Virus record (IMG/VR): IMGVR_UViG_3300029305_002471 | Location: 7,669-71,668 of that record | Length of the DNA stretch: 64,000 nucleotides | Reading direction: 5' to 3' (one strand) | DNA from: a virus | Taxonomy: Duplodnaviria; Caudoviricetes | Shown here: in pieces, positions 24,401 through 38,605 of the stretch | How the letters are laid out: every line of letters begins with the position of its first letter | Position numbering within the stretch: position 1 is the first letter of the stretch | Translations under genes and position numbers: made by a program | The notes under the pieces: model-generated | Databases searched by the model: none | The model's input: only the letters and a program-made list of their open reading frames with translations | Told to the model about the DNA's origin: nothing

Positions 24401-27059
24401 GATACAATACACTATTGACCTAGAAATTCGCTTAGCTGATAATGACTTAAAGCTAATTGAATATCAGTTAGAAAATCTTAGAGATACTGCGGCTGAAGTC
24501 GCAGAGAAGTTTGCGTTGATGGGTAAAACCATGGAGACAAATGAGCGCAAAGCTGCTGCGGCGCAACAGGGTATAGCCGATATATTAGGTCTTAGCCAAA
24601 TAGAACTGGATTAGCTGTTAACCGAAGGCGCTGACATTGCTCAAATGGTTAAGGATAAAAACTTAACTGAAGAACAAGTTTCTGCGCTAGAAGGATATGT
24701 TGACTAGCTCTATGATTCTGTGGATGCAATGAAGGCACAACGCGATATGATTTCTGATAATCTAGTCGCAGCTTTTGAGGATATGAACAAGGAAATGGAT
24801 GATTCTATCATAAAGCTTGACCATATGACCTCAATGATTGAATCTTTCCGCAATATTATCGACCTTACGGGCAAGGATGCGCTTGGCATTAGCGACGACC
24901 TCATGAAGAAAATGAACGAGTCAGCAAAAGCAATTGCAGATAATAACATCTAGATTGCGAAGGCACAGCTACAACAGAATCAAAGCGCACTAGAAGACTT
25001 ACAAGCACAAATGGACGCGGCTGAAGCAACCGGCGACAAAAAAGGTGTTGAGGAGTTAAAAGAAGCTTATGATGAGGTTCTCTCCACCGTACAGGATAAT
25101 TAGACTGCTCTTCTGGATGCAACAGCAGCTGGTTTAGAAGCAGCGACAAAGTTGTTCGAGCATGAAATGAATGGTATTCTAGAAACCTTTGAAAATGCAA
25201 TGTCTGGTATTTACGGTTCTTTCTCTGCTTTACAAGAGGCGTTTGACAGATAGACAGAGGTAAACGACAGGTTCTTAGATGACTATGCCAAGATTTATGA
25301 ACTATCTAAATTAAATCGCGACCTGACGAATTCTATTGATGACACAGATAGTATTCGCGGTAAGTAGATGCTACGTGATTTATAGGCTGAAATTAATGAG
25401 CTCCAATAGTCAGAAACTGAAATGACACAATATCAGGTAGATGAATTGCGTGCTCGTTATGAACTAAGAGTAGCAGAGATTGCTCTTGAAGAAGCCCAAA
25501 ACGCAAAGTCCTAGGTACGTATGCGCAGAGATGCGAATGGTAACTGGGGTTATGTATATACCGCCGATTAGGATGCGGTAAATAGCGCAGAATAGAATTA
25601 TGAAGATAAGTTATATGCTTATTAGAAGCTGCTTCAAGAGAATATTGACGAAATGCAAGCTCGCTTGGTAGCAATTCCTCAAGAGTATGCTGAAGCGGTC
25701 CGCGCAATTTACGAAGACCAGACCTTAAACGACGAAGAACGCAGACTCCGCATCCAAGAAACTTAGGACTATTACCAAGGCATGTACAGCCATGTGGTTG
25801 AGCAGTTGCGTACCATGACCGGCGATTCCAAGGTTCTGTATGAAGAAGACTGGACCAACTATTCTAAGACTACTGGATATAAAATCTCTAAAGACGCTGA
25901 ATGGGTTGATAGCTTCGGCGAAACTGTAGCGGCGCAAGTGTCCGGTCTGAATAGCTTAGATGTGGCACAGCAGACATTCCAAACCAACTCTTAGACCATG
26001 TTGAGCGGTTTACAAACAGCTTATGCGACTTACCGCACAAATGTTAATGAAACTCTTGAGCTTGCTCTTGGCGATGTTGAAAAGTTCTTTGGTGATAGTA
26101 CTACTGATGGTACTTTATCTTATTATCTTGATTAGATGAAGCTGAAGTCTGGTGAAGCGGCTACGAGTGCTAAAAGCATGGGAGAAACTAATGCTGAAGC
26201 CTTTAAAACTGCCGCCGAGGCAGCTGGCTCATGGTTAAGCACTTATTCTTCTAATATTGATAATTGGGTAAACAAGACTGGTGATATAGCCGGTGCTGTA
26301 AATGGAATAATCACTGCTTATAGTAATTTGGGGGTAGAATTGGATACGCTTTCTGGTAAATATAATAAGGTTATTTAGAAGGCTTAGGAGTATTAGGGTG
26401 TTGCTGGAAAGGGCGATACAGTAGTTAATTCTAATGGTACAACGTCTACTATACAGCATAAAGTATAGGCTTCTATTAATGCTTATCGAGCAGGAGAGAA
26501 TTCGAAAACTGACCGTAATGCTTATGCAATCACCTCGGCAGAAGTAACATCAAAAGGCTGGGTTAAAGCCTTTGATGAAACTGGAAAAGTTAAAGAACAC
26601 TATAGAGTATCCGCGATGCTTGTAGATGGAAAAAGTGAAATTTTATATCTTTCTGGGGACTAGTTAAAATCTTTATAGGCTTTGGGCTTATTGATTGATA
26701 AATATAATGTAACTGCTGCGTTTGACACAGGTGGCTATACAGGCTCCTGGGATGCTTCTGGACGACTTGCGATGCTACATCAGAAAGAATTAGTGCTTAA
26801 TGCTTCTGACACAGTAAATTTCTTAGCAGCAGTAGATATCCTACGTGATATTACTAAGATAATTGATTTACAAGCATTATCACAATCTAATATGATGAGC
26901 GCAATTACATCTGCGTCGATAGGCACAGCTGCGCAAGTTATTGAACAAGATGTTACAATACATGCGGAATTCCCGAACGCAACCAATAGGTCTGAAATCG
27001 AATAGGCTTTTGACTCATTGTTAAATCGCGCTTCACAATTTGCAAATCGCAAAAAATAA
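18489..27059 (+). CDS. Tail tape measure protein (~2856 aa, dozens of TAG=Q)
   Basis: All nine plus-strand fragments (19707 to 26682) share the frame of ATG 18489; TMP-like N-terminal region, hydrophobic segments, coiled coils, C-terminal FDTGGYTG..LAMLHQKELVL. Confidence 0.88.
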
Positions 27060-27068
27060 TGATATAAT

Positions 27069-27105
27069 AGTGATGTAGATAGGAAACTATCTACACCACT
27101 TTTTT
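27069..27105 (+). terminator. Intrinsic terminator after the tape measure
   Basis: AGTGATGTAGATAG-GAAA-CTATCTACACCACT-TTTTT. Confidence 0.8.
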
Positions 27106-27110
27106 GTATT

Positions 27111-27157
27111 TGGGCAAGTCTTGGCAATATGGACTTGAGAATTTTCATAATATATGA
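27111..27157 (+). promoter_or_regulatory. Tripartite motif, copy E (upstream of tail-tip genes)
   Basis: TGGGCAA-N8-AAT-N13-TTTTCA-TAATATA, immediately after a terminator. Confidence 0.65.
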
Positions 27158-27183
27158 ATAAGGAGAGAAAGGAGAGATACAAT

Positions 27184-30100
27184 TTGTCAGTTGATTATAA
27201 TGAAATATTGCTTACTTCAATATAGCAATTAATTGATGCTTCCCTTGAACGGCTTCCAAGGGACGAGGTTAGTGTATTTACTATAGTAGATACCACAAAC
27301 CGAGATAAGGGCGAGTATCGTATTACAAAAGATGGCTCTGTAATATACGATGCGCAGAGCGATAAGACTACTTATGTTAAAGATGAGCAAGTCTTGGTGG
27401 TCGTGTCCGCGGATGCAACACAAAAGAGATAGATTATTGGTCGCTATTCAGACAATACTACTGATAGTCCAATTGCTTATGTATCTCCAAAGGATAAAGC
27501 TATTTTTGTTAATGAGCCATATATTGATGATGCTAATATATGGCGGTTAAGGGCTCAAGGAGCGATTCAAGATAAGGCTCAACCGGAAGAAATAACAGTT
27601 AAAGAATGGACCAATGAAAGTACATGGTTGGCAAATTTACAAAAAACCGCTTGGGATACAATTTATTTAAAGGCTGATTTTAAAACTTTATTTAATGGTT
27701 ATAATATAACAGGTGGCCATTATGGATTACGCCTAAGTGGTATACTTTCTGATGAGAGTAGATTTGATAAAGTATTAGACTCTTCAATGATGTTTGGTAA
27801 TCCTTATGATTATATGGTACCATTTTCGCAAGATATTTTATTTTATGTTCCTCATGACCCAGGCGTTACAATTAATTCAATGACACTAAGTGTTTATCAA
27901 ACTGGAGATTTCACTTGTATACTAAATGGGAAAGATGAGTCTTTCGATGAAGTGCAGTAGAAAGATGATATTTATAATATTTTTATTTCTAATCTTGAGA
28001 TGGGTTTTGGCCTAGATGTTTCTTCTATCGCAGATAATACCGTTAAACTTACCACATCAGAATTACGTGAGTATAGCGGAGCAAGTGAAAAAACAGTTTC
28101 ACTAATTTGGTACAATAAAGACGAAAATGACAAATATCTTGGTTTTGCAGATGGAAGCTTTGATGACAAAGCCAAAAGCAAAGATATTATTGACTGGGAA
28201 GGGAATACTTATTATTGGATTGAATGGTTTGTCGATAATGAGAAAGGTGAATTGTCACCAGTTGAGACTGATGGCAAAAGTTCTTCTTATCAAGCAACTA
28301 TGCAACGTGGCCTTACTGAGACTCGCGTGACTGCGGCTGTTTGGTGCAATGGTGAGAAATTTACTCCTCTAGAAGCAGAATAGTTAGTGTTTAAAAATAG
28401 CGATGCGATTAAATCTTCTATGGGTTTAAAAATTTCTATTGCGCACGACTCCAATAGTAAAGCCAATTACCCCATATATGATGGATTAACTAACTCACTA
28501 ATTAATCCTTTTGAAGCCAACTTAGATAGAAAATTAAAATTAACTTTTGAGCCTGCGGAGCCTGAATTGTGGGATGGTAAGACCATTAAGTGGTCTATTA
28601 ATAATTCAATGGCATATATTCCGCAAGACAAAGTCGATAATGCAGAAGAATGCATATACCGCATCAAGCCGAATTTCTTTGCCGGTCTATAGACCGCTGA
28701 GGTGACATGTAAAGTTACACTAAAAAATGGTGTAGTTTTATCAGATAAGATAAATCTATCTTTCGCCACCCTTGGCTCTTCTGGTACAGATTATACGATT
28801 ATGTTTACTCGCGATGATACAAACCGTAAGATATCTGCACATGTAGCTAATAAAGATGGTGATATATAGGAAGAAATATCGGTAGTATTAGCGTAGAAAG
28901 GAACGGATTCTTGGACAGAGAGCAATACGATTGATATTGGAGACCGTACATATAATGATTATAATATGATAGAGGCCAAGGCTGAAGTCACACATAATGG
29001 TAACAAGGTATGGATTTATGCCTATTATGGTGTAACTTTTGCTAACAATACAAATTATAGCGCTATTGTACCAGCTTCAATTATTTATGATAATACTGGT
29101 TCTAATCCAACGTATTACAAGGGCGACTGGTTATTAGAAGGGGTTGCGGAAGGCACTACTGTTACATGGCAAATACATTATTACATAGATACTAGCGAGT
29201 ATAATGATACGTATCCGGCACGTAGTGGTAGGCCCTATTTGGATAATAATAATAATTTTATAGTGCCATCACTATATACTATAAGCGGAACAAATATTGC
29301 AATTGAGGCTAAGATTGGAGACGATGTTGTTTATAACTAGCCCGTTTATATAGGACAAAATTCATTTGCTTCATCACTTTTGAATGAATGGAATGGAGAT
29401 TTAACTATTGACAAATATGGCAACTATGTTATGGCTGCTATGCTGGGTGCCGGTAGTAAAGATAGAGAAAATAAATTTAGCGGTGTAGTGATGGGCGAGC
29501 GAAAGATTTTAGAAGAGAATTCTGTAAAAACAGACATTGGCTTATTTGGTTTTGCCGCCGGTACTCAAACCTTTGAATTCAACGTTAATGGTACTGCTAA
29601 ATTGGGCGCTAGCGGAAAAGGATAGATTCTTTTTGATGGTGCAGGTGGTATAATTAAATCGGGTCAATGGGATGGAACGTACGAAGATGGTGAAATTAAG
29701 GCAAATGGTACTCAAGGTATGGCGATTGACTTGGTAAATGGGCATATTGATGCTCATAACTTCATGCTTACTAGCTAGAATATTAAATTGAATAGTCAAG
29801 GAATAGAAGATGCTGATAGGCAATTAAAATATGGTCAAATTGGCGGTTGGGGCATCTATGCAAATAAATTAGAAGTTAAACTTCCTCCGCCCCAGGGCGA
29901 GAATGGATATGTTATAGCTGGAATCCAAGCGCCATCAGAGTTAGTAACTAACGTACTCGCCATTGGTCGTGTGACTGAAACTAGTGAGTAGTCAGGGTGG
30001 TCTTCAGCTCCATTCAGAGTAACTAAAGATGGGATTTTACATGCAACTGGGGCTCAAATTACAGGTGAAATTACAGCAACCAAATTAATTATTAGTAGCA

Positions 30101-30756
30101 CAGACCAGACCAAAGATATCACAAATGATATAGCTACTAAAACGGATTTAGGAACCTATGGTTCTGTAACAATAGATGGTGGTAATATTAAAGCAGGTAA
30201 GGTATTGGCTGGAGTAATTGATGTTTCAGGAGTTATTTCAGCTGGTTCTGCCCAAATAAAACAATTAGCAGCAGAGCAAATTGATGCAACTACTATTACT
30301 GTAGATAGTTTAAGCGCTAGTAAAATTACAGCGGGAGATATTAAAACACCAGCAACAGGAGCTATTACAATAGGAGGATGGACTGTAGGTAATAACAGTT
30401 TAACAGCAACTGCCTATGGGTCAATTGGTTTATATAGTACCTTTTCAGGTACAAAAAGTATTGCTGGCAGTGGCCAAAAAGATGATTGGCGTATTGTGGC
30501 TGGAGATAATTTTGGTGTTGATAAAAGTGGTAATTTGTATTGTAATAGTGGCAAATTTCAAGGAGATATTACTGGTGCTACAGGAACCTTTACAGGATTA
30601 ATTGGAGCAAATAACTCTTTAATAAGCGTGGGTTATTTTAACAATTTATTTTTTCAAGAGCTATTTTTTTATGGCTTTCCAGATGCACGCATTTATCTTG
30701 AAGGATATGTTGATGGGGCAACTTCTGGCTCAGGATACATGAAATGGAGAATTTAA
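27184..30756 (+). CDS. Large tail-tip/baseplate protein (~1190 aa) with beta-helix-like repeats near the C-terminus
   Basis: TTG start after AAAGGAG; seven fragments in one frame; G/I/T-rich repeats (GTIGGW-like). Confidence 0.7.
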
Positions 30757-30779
30757 TGTTAACAAGGAGATAATGGAGT

Positions 30780-31145
30780 ATGAAATTAACAAATCAATTA
30801 ATTTATTCAAATGCCTCTATACTAGCAGCATTTGATTTAAAAGATATAAAATTACCTGTAAGAATTAGTTTTTTCTTACAGAAAAATATTTAGAAAATTA
30901 TTAATCTTGCTCAAGAAATCGAAGCTGCGCGGTTAAATATTGCGCAGTCTTTTGGCGAATTAAATAAAGATTGTACTTCTTATTCTGTGCCTGCAGACCG
31001 AGTGACCGAAGCGCAAAAAGAATTAAATGATTTATTTAATTTAGAACAAGATGTTAATTTGCATATTTTTAAACTTGATGATTTTGATGGTATTGAACTT
31101 ACTTATCAACAATTATCAGCAATTATGTTTATGATTGAGGAATAA
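30780..31145 (+). CDS. Small helical tail-associated protein (121 aa)
   Basis: GGAG RBS, one TAG, TAA stop; missed by the ORF track. Confidence 0.65.
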
Positions 31146-31159
31146 AAGGAGGGATAGGT

Positions 31160-33988
31160 GTGAGCATCGCTTACCCACCCTATATCGATGGTAGATTACC
31201 AGCTCAAGTAGGGGATACAATGCGTATCCCCTTTGAGCCTAATCGCGCGAGTGGTACAATTACATCGATGTAGGCGCAAATAAAAACAATCAATACAAAT
31301 ATATCAAAAGCCACCTTAGAAACCAGTATCATTGAAGGTTAGGTTGCTATATTTGATTTATCTAAACTAGAAGATTCAAACAAGCTTCAAGTTGGTTAGT
31401 ATTATAAAATTTAGTTAGCTTCTGTTGAAGAGGATAAAGATATTAGTCCTTTTTCAACGATTGGCGTGTTTAAGTATACTGATACTCCAGACGTTACAGT
31501 TGAAGTTGCGGCTAACGCATTGATTGGTACTTATAAAAATGATGACACAACAGAAAAGGTAGAGCTATATAAGTTTGACATTTATAAGGGTGAAACAATC
31601 ATTGAAACTTCGGATTGGTTAGTGCATAATGCTACACAAGATACCGAAATGCATTCATCTAAAGACACATACGTGCCTTAGACAGATTTAACTTATGAAA
31701 GCGGCTTGACCGCTCGTTATAGTATTAAAACCATGAATGGTCTAGAACGTGCCTCTAATGCAATTACTATTGAAGAAATGATTCTAATTCCTTTAGATTT
31801 ATAGCTTGAGCCTGCTAGTAGATGCAATTTTGATGAGGGTAGTATTGAGGTACGATTTACCTTACCTACTGAAACAGAAATTAGTGGTCGTTTCTAGCTA
31901 CTACGTCGTAAAGAAGGCACAAAACGTTGGGAAAAATTGGCCACCAAAGTGCTGAATCAAACTTATAGCGCAGCTACTTATACTTTATTTGTAGATTATG
32001 CTGTTGAGCAAGGTGCTATTTACTCTTATGCTTTACAACAGTTTGCTGATAATTTATATTCAAAACGCATTCATCTCGGTACCGTAAAGGCTGATTTTGA
32101 GGATGCTTTTTTATTTGATGGAGAACGCCAATTAAAGATTAGATTTAATCCAAAGGTATCTAGTTTTAAAACTACTTTATTAGAAAGTAAGATTGATACC
32201 ATTGGAGGTAAGCATCCAATATTTTTCCGCAATGGTACAACTGAATATAAAGAATTTCCAATTAGCGGTTTAATTTCATTCCACATGGATGAAAATGCTA
32301 GATTTTTTGATTGTGGATAGAATACATTAAATGTAGAGCGCGAGTCTACGCCTCACGCAATTAGTCGTACTACAAGCATGGGTGATATAATTGTCCAGGA
32401 GCGCGAATTTAAGCTAGCTGTACTAGATTGGCTTAATAATGGTAAACCAAAACTTTTTAAATCTCCAGCAGAGGGTAACTACTTAGTAAGATTAATGAAT
32501 GTCAACCTGTCCCCTGAAGATAGACTAGGACGCATGTTACATACCTTTAATTGTAATGCTTATGAGATGGATACTTATGATTTCAAAAATTTAGAGAAGT
32601 ATAATATTGTTAGTCCAATAGAACAAGAGACACTTGAGTTATAGGTTACACAGTGGCCTCTCAAACGTGTAATCTGGTCAAGCGGCGCTGAAGAGACAAA
32701 GAGCTTACGTATCATTGACAGTGTAGATTAGAATGGTGCGCCCGGTGGAACTTATTCTGTACTATATGATAAGGAACAAGAACCCCAAATAATTGAAATA
32801 GGTCCTACTGGACAATATAACTTTATGATAGTTCCAATTATGCTTATGAGTATAAACGGCACAAAAGGAAGATTAGAAATTGTTACGCTTTCCGCACCTT
32901 CTTTTGGATTGAATTATTAGGGTAAAACAATTAAATCTGTTACTAAGGTAATGAAATGCGGTTAGTTTTTTAATAACTTAAGCAATAATATGATTAATCT
33001 AGACCCGACTATTCGCTTTATCAATAATACGGGAGAAGAAGTAGGACCAATAGCCATACATCCAAGTACAAAAACAGCTAATCCTATGGAGATGCGTGGA
33101 TATCAGCTAATTAGTGATGGAGCTTATTCTATAAAAGAAGACCAAGCTAGTTATCGTCATTATAGTTATTATCAAATTAGAGCAAAAGTACTACCTAATC
33201 AAAAATATTATTTTGATATAGCTATATAGGCCGATTATCCTGATTAGAAATTATTAGATTCTGGTGCTACGTCGTTTAAAATTTCTTCAATTAGCTCTAT
33301 ATATGAGCCCGCAACAAATGAGACTCCTAGTCGAAATTTAGTAAAACCAACAACTTTATATAATTCTGTATAGTTAATAAAATAGGATGATTTAGGAAAT
33401 TACGCATTAATTAACATTCCTCGAATAAAGACTGGCCCAATTGAAACAGTAGCACCAATTCAAGAAGAAATTGTTGTGGGTATAAATTCACACTATGGTT
33501 CCTAGGCTAATTAGCGCATTGGAGAAAAAGGAGAAACTGGTATTATTGATGTAAAGTGGAATATTGGCCTTTTCTTACAAGATGAATCTATTTTAACTGG
33601 TATTCCAAATCTTTATGAAATCAACTCTTTAAAAATTTATAAAAAGTCTGAAAAAGTATTATATTATCAAGACGCAAATAACAAATTTTATTGGGATTCT
33701 AATTATACTGTACCAGTTGATGAAGGGCAACTTTTAAAAACAGTTTTATATAAAGTGGATAAAAATATATATTATTATAACGGTGTACGTTTAATTTAGT
33801 TAAACGATAAAGAAATCAATAATATATATAATTATAAAATTAATAAGACAGAATCTTTTAGAGATTTATCTTTATAGGGACGCATTGAATTTACTAAAAA
33901 TGATTTTAATAATACACCAGAGTATTTATGGTTAGGTCATGGATTATATGCTGATATATGTTATAGTATATTGGAGGTAGAAGAATGA
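31160..33988 (+). CDS. Baseplate/tail protein with Ig/Fn3-like regions (942 aa)
   Basis: GTG start; fragments 31466, 31937, 32378 and 32990 in frame; TGA overlaps the next ATG. Confidence 0.65.
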
Positions 33989-36114
33989 CAAGAACAATCT
34001 ATGCTCGTATTACCCGTTTGCAATGGGATGAACGTCCCATTGAACGCCTTGAAGGAAGAATCACAGCTGGCTCTATCAGTATAGATGGCAATAGTGCGGT
34101 TCGCCGCACTTGCCAGCTTTCTATGGTTACGCCGCAGACTAATATTGCTGATTATTTATGGACTTTAGATACGAAATTTAAATTAGAAATTGGAGTATAG
34201 GAAAATTTAAATTCAGAAATTAAGTGGTTTAAATAGGGTATTTATGTTATCACATCTTTTTCATCCGCTTTATCCACTACTGGTTATACAATTAATATTT
34301 CTGGTAAAGATAAAATGTGTCTTTTAAATGGAGAGGTTGGCGGGTCTTTAACTTCTGAGGTTAATTTTGGAGAATATGAACAAGAGGCGGCCCCAGGAGT
34401 ATATAAAGTGATTAAAATGCCATTAATTGAAATTATTAAAGAAGCTGTACACCACTATGGTAATGAAATGTTTTACAATATTATTGTTAATGATTTAGAT
34501 AATCGTGTTATGGAATTACAAGAGTATCGATATGATACGCCTATGTATTTATTTCGTAATCGCACCAATGATGTTTAGTTGTATAATTAGGCAACTTTAG
34601 ATGGTGAAATGCGCATAGTTTTAAATGGAAATACAATGCCAATTCAAAATTTACGCGAAAAAGAGTTTGATTCTTTATCTGTATTTACAGATTCAGATAC
34701 AAAAGGAGCGATATTTAAATTAGATGGTGATGAAGCATAGAATGATTATACCGCTGCAAAGATTACTTATGGATAGACCATAGGGTACACGCCAACTGAA
34801 ATGACTTATGCCGGTTAGCTTATTGGTGCTATTGGAGAGTCCATTACTTCAGTTTTAGATAAGATTAAAAATATGCTTGGAAATTTTGAATATTTTTATG
34901 ATTTAGATGGACATTTTATTTTTCAAGAAAAAAAGAATTACTTCAACACCTCTTGGAATCCTATCGTATCTTCTGATGAAGGATTAACTTACGTAGGTAT
35001 TTCATCAACTCCAATTACTTATACCTTTAGCGGAAATAATTATTTTACTGCTTTTAATAATACTCCTAATTTATTAAATTTACGTAATGATTTTTGCGTT
35101 TGGGGTGTCCGAAAAGGCACTGGTGGAAAAGATTTGCCAGTGCATATGCGTTATGCGATTGATGTTAAACCATTAGTATATAATTCTATTACAGTAAAAG
35201 ACTATGAACTAAATGAATATAATACTAAATATGGCACTCAATTAGAAGGACAAACATCAGTTACTTATACAGCCATAGGTGATTCTAGTAAGGGATATTA
35301 CGATGCTGAAAATAACATTATTTATATTTATGCTGATTTTTTACAAGATGGTTCAGTATCATTACCATTAGACCCAATTATTAGCATAGAAGTCTCTCAT
35401 CAATCTGTAAACTATGTTGATTGGCGTGAACTAATTTATCAAATGGCTTTGGATTATTGCAAATATAATCATTTAGACGACTTTGAATAGAAAGTTGCTG
35501 AAGCTAATCCCGAACTTTTTAGTACGGGCAAAACTGGATATGAACAATATTACGTAGACATGGAAGGATTTTGGCGTTAGCTCTACAACCCTGATACAGT
35601 TAATAGCTGGGGCGGTTGGAATCCAGATGTAAAATTTGCTCCAGAGAAATTAAATTTCTGGATTGATTTTCTTGATTCTGATAGTGAACTAAGTAAATAC
35701 TCTGTGCGAGCCATTGGACATCGGCCCAAAGTGGTTAATGATAAAGATGTAAAAGCCATATATTATAGAGAGACGCCACAAATTATTTTTGCGACTAACG
35801 CTGATGATACAAAAGATACCGGTTATGTGCGTTTTAATCCAGTTGGCTATGGTAGTTTATATTCGTAGAGTACTCAAGGAAAATCAGCAAAAGATGAGAT
35901 TGATAATTTATTATATAATTATGCCTATTGCACAGAAAGTGTATCAATTACCTCAATTCCAGTATATGATTTAGAACCAAATACTAGAATATATATTAAT
36001 GATACTGACACAGGCATTAACGGCGAATATATTGTAAATAAAATAACAATGCCATTGAGTTATAATGGTATGATGTCTTTAACTGCCATTAAGGCAGTAG
36101 ATAGAATTTTATAA
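33985..36114 (+). CDS. Baseplate hub/Tal-like tail protein (709 aa)
   Basis: Fragments 33985, 34315 and 34873 in frame; GSISIDGNSAVRRTCQL N-terminus and YFYDLDGHFIFQ hub-like motif. Confidence 0.6.
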
Positions 36115-36127
36115 GGAGGATAAGAGA

Positions 36128-36400
36128 ATGATAATAAAACAAATTGTATTATTTGGTGATACTGCTCCTTTTAATTAGGAACTTTTAACTGGGTTTCGTG
36201 CGACTCGAATTGGTATTTGCGCCCCCGCGGGTACCTTGTTTTGGTTGAATCATGGCTAGGCCATTGAAATAAATGAATATAAAATATATGAACTTGATGT
36301 AAGTAATTATGGCTATTTAACCAGTCTAATTGTCTAGAAGCCATTGGATGAAGCAAAAGTAATTATCGACTTAATTGGGGAGGAGATTGAAGTAATATGA
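36128..36400 (+). CDS. Small hypothetical tail protein (90 aa)
   Basis: AGGAGG RBS, three TAG, TGA overlapping the next ATG. Confidence 0.6.
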
Positions 36401-37308
36401 GTTTTTATGGTAAAATTTTTCCTACGATTGAGAAATTTTTTAGATTTATTAAAATTACAAACCCAGGAGACACTGATTCTCAAGTGATTGATGCTACAGA
36501 CGCTAATGACACTTTTGAATTAATTGGTGAGAATGGAATTGAAATTAGTGCTAATAAAGAAACTAAATAGATTATAGTGAAGTCTACATTAGCTAATATG
36601 TTATTATCTAACGCAGAACTAGTATATAAAGATAATAACCAAAACGAAGGGACTTTTCTTAAATTAACATTTCACACTGTGGATAGCGGCAATGAAGAAA
36701 TAGTTTATATAGACGTTAAAGAATTAAATGAGTTCGTAGATATTCAAGGGGATAATAATATTAACATTAACATTGATGAATAGAATATTTTACAAGTAAC
36801 ATTGACAAAAGAGCCAATTACAACTAAAGAATTATGTTTATAGTCAACTCAGAATGACGAAGTAATTTCTTTAACTCCAACACATATAGGCTCTAATTTC
36901 GGAGCAATTTATTTTAATGACCCCCTTTTCGGTGGAGGAGTGGTACTTTAGAATATTGCTCCCGCCCAAAGCTCTATGGATGCTGTTAATAAAGAACAAT
37001 TAGAAAAAGAAATTAATAATTATAATCCCTATTTTGCAGTCGAATATAGTGATGACCAAGAGGCTAGTAAAAATAGCTCTGAGATTTTAGATGCTTTTTT
37101 AGACAGGCATTAGATACCATACTATTATGAAGCTGATGAATATTATTCCTTTAGTGGTGTTTCTCTAGTAGAAGACGAGTTATGTGCTCATTTTATATTA
37201 ATCCACTATAATTTTGCTATAGACACTTCACAAATTGTTATCAAAACAATAGATAGTATAGGCACATGCTATACTAATACCATAGTATTAGGAGGGCAAG
37301 AAAGTTAA
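36397..37308 (+). CDS. Putative tail fibre/receptor-binding-like protein (303 aa)
   Basis: In frame with the 36577 fragment; last gene before the holin; beta-rich. Confidence 0.45.
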
Positions 37309-37697
37309 TGGATTGGATGAAATTATTATATGATGTATTGAATTGTTGTATTATTCCTTTTCTTGGCATAGCAACTGTTTATTTAATCAAATGGTTATCG
37401 GCCAAAGAAAAAGAAACTCTTGATAAAATTGATAATGCAACAGCTGAAAAGTATGTTTCAATGTTATTTGACACTATTCGTGATTGCGTAAGTGCTACAA
37501 CTCAAACATACGTTGAGAAACTTAAAAAAGATAATGCCTTTACCGCTGAAGCTCAAAAGATTGCTTTTTAGCAGACTTTTGATGCCGTTATGGCGGTGCT
37601 AACAGATGACGCCAAAGAATATTTAACAACAATATATGGTGACTTAACCACTGTTATTACTGCAAAGATTGAAGCAGAAGTAAAAGCGTAGAAATAA
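37308..37697 (+). CDS. Holin (LL-H-like, single N-terminal TM; 129 aa, two TAG)
   Basis: TM CIIPFLGIATVYLIKWL; ..CVSATTQTYVEKLKK..F motif; ends tail operon before a terminator. Confidence 0.65.
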
Positions 37698-37738
37698 AAA
37701 AACCCCTAGTAGATTTTATCTACTAGGGGTTTTTTTTT
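37698..37738. terminator. Bidirectional intrinsic terminator
   Basis: AAAAAACCCCTAGTAGA-TTTTA-TCTACTAGGGGTTTTTTT. Confidence 0.85.
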
Positions 37739-37796
37739 GCCATTTTTTCTGGAAAATAGTTTAAGCAAAAAAGTCCAAAAAAAAATTCCAAAATTT

Positions 37797-37845
37797 TTGG
37801 CAAATTGGGAAAATCGTATTGCCGCAATTTTTAAGAAAGTATGAA
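37797..37845 (+). promoter_or_regulatory. Tripartite motif, copy F (upstream of the six-gene cassette)
   Basis: TTGGCAA-N8-AAT-N13-TTTTTA-AGAAAGTA. Confidence 0.5.
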
Positions 37846-37888
37846 GGGGATAAGACATAAAAAAATACTTTCCGGAGGTAAACAAAAA

Positions 37889-38320
37889 ATGTATAATAAC
37901 AATCAAACTCAAACACAACAACAACCCGTTTATATGCCACAGCAATATCAGATGAATCGGCCAATTTATCAGACTTTGATGTAGCAATCTTATACGGGAA
38001 TCAAAGGCCGTCCTGTCGCGTCTATAGAAGAAGCACGCGCCAGTATCATCGACTTTGACGGTTCTATCTTTTATTTCCCCGATTTGGCAAATAAAAGAAT
38101 TTACACAAAACAAATTAATATGGATGGTACAGCGATTTTAAATATGTATGAGCTAAAAGAAATTCCAATAGAGACACCGAGTGCTGGCGCGCAATATGTC
38201 ACTAGAGAAGAATTTGAGGCCGCTATTTAGGCGCTGCGTCAATCCAGTACCCCGGCACCGATTCCGCAGACTGTCCCTGCTGAACCAACCACTAAGCCGG
38301 GGGTAGCGCTAAACTTTTAA
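37889..38320 (+). CDS. Cassette gene 1: Q/Y/P-rich low-complexity N-terminus plus small beta domain (143 aa); missed by the ORF track
   Basis: GGAGGT RBS; MYNNNQTQTQQQPVYMPQQYQ...IKGRPVASIEEARAS...FYFPDLANKRIYTKQINMDG; two TAG. Confidence 0.75.
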
Positions 38321-38333
38321 GGAGGAAATAAAA

Positions 38334-38588
38334 ATGAGTATGAATGTCAATCCAATGCTTTTGGTCCAAGCTATAAAAGAAGGACAAAACCCTCAACAGT
38401 TAATGTTGAATATTCTAGAAAATAATATGTCTGGAACCCCTTTGGGTGATAATTTAATCGAATTGGCAAAAAATGGAAGAAGTGCCGATATCGAAACTAT
38501 CGTTCGTAATATTTCAAAACAAAGAGGTATAGATTTTGACAAAGAATTTCCCCACTTTGTTTAGATGCTAGGCCTCGATAAAAAATAA
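38334..38588 (+). CDS. Cassette gene 2: small helical NPQ-motif protein (84 aa)
   Basis: AGGAGG RBS; extends through TAG 38562 to TAA. Confidence 0.75.
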
Positions 38589-38605
38589 TTTTTGGAGGTA
38601 TATTT

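Noticed and set aside
37700-37890. CRISPR array, origin or ncRNA in the largest intergenic gap
   Set aside because: Explained by a terminator, A/T runs and motif copy F; no direct repeats seen.
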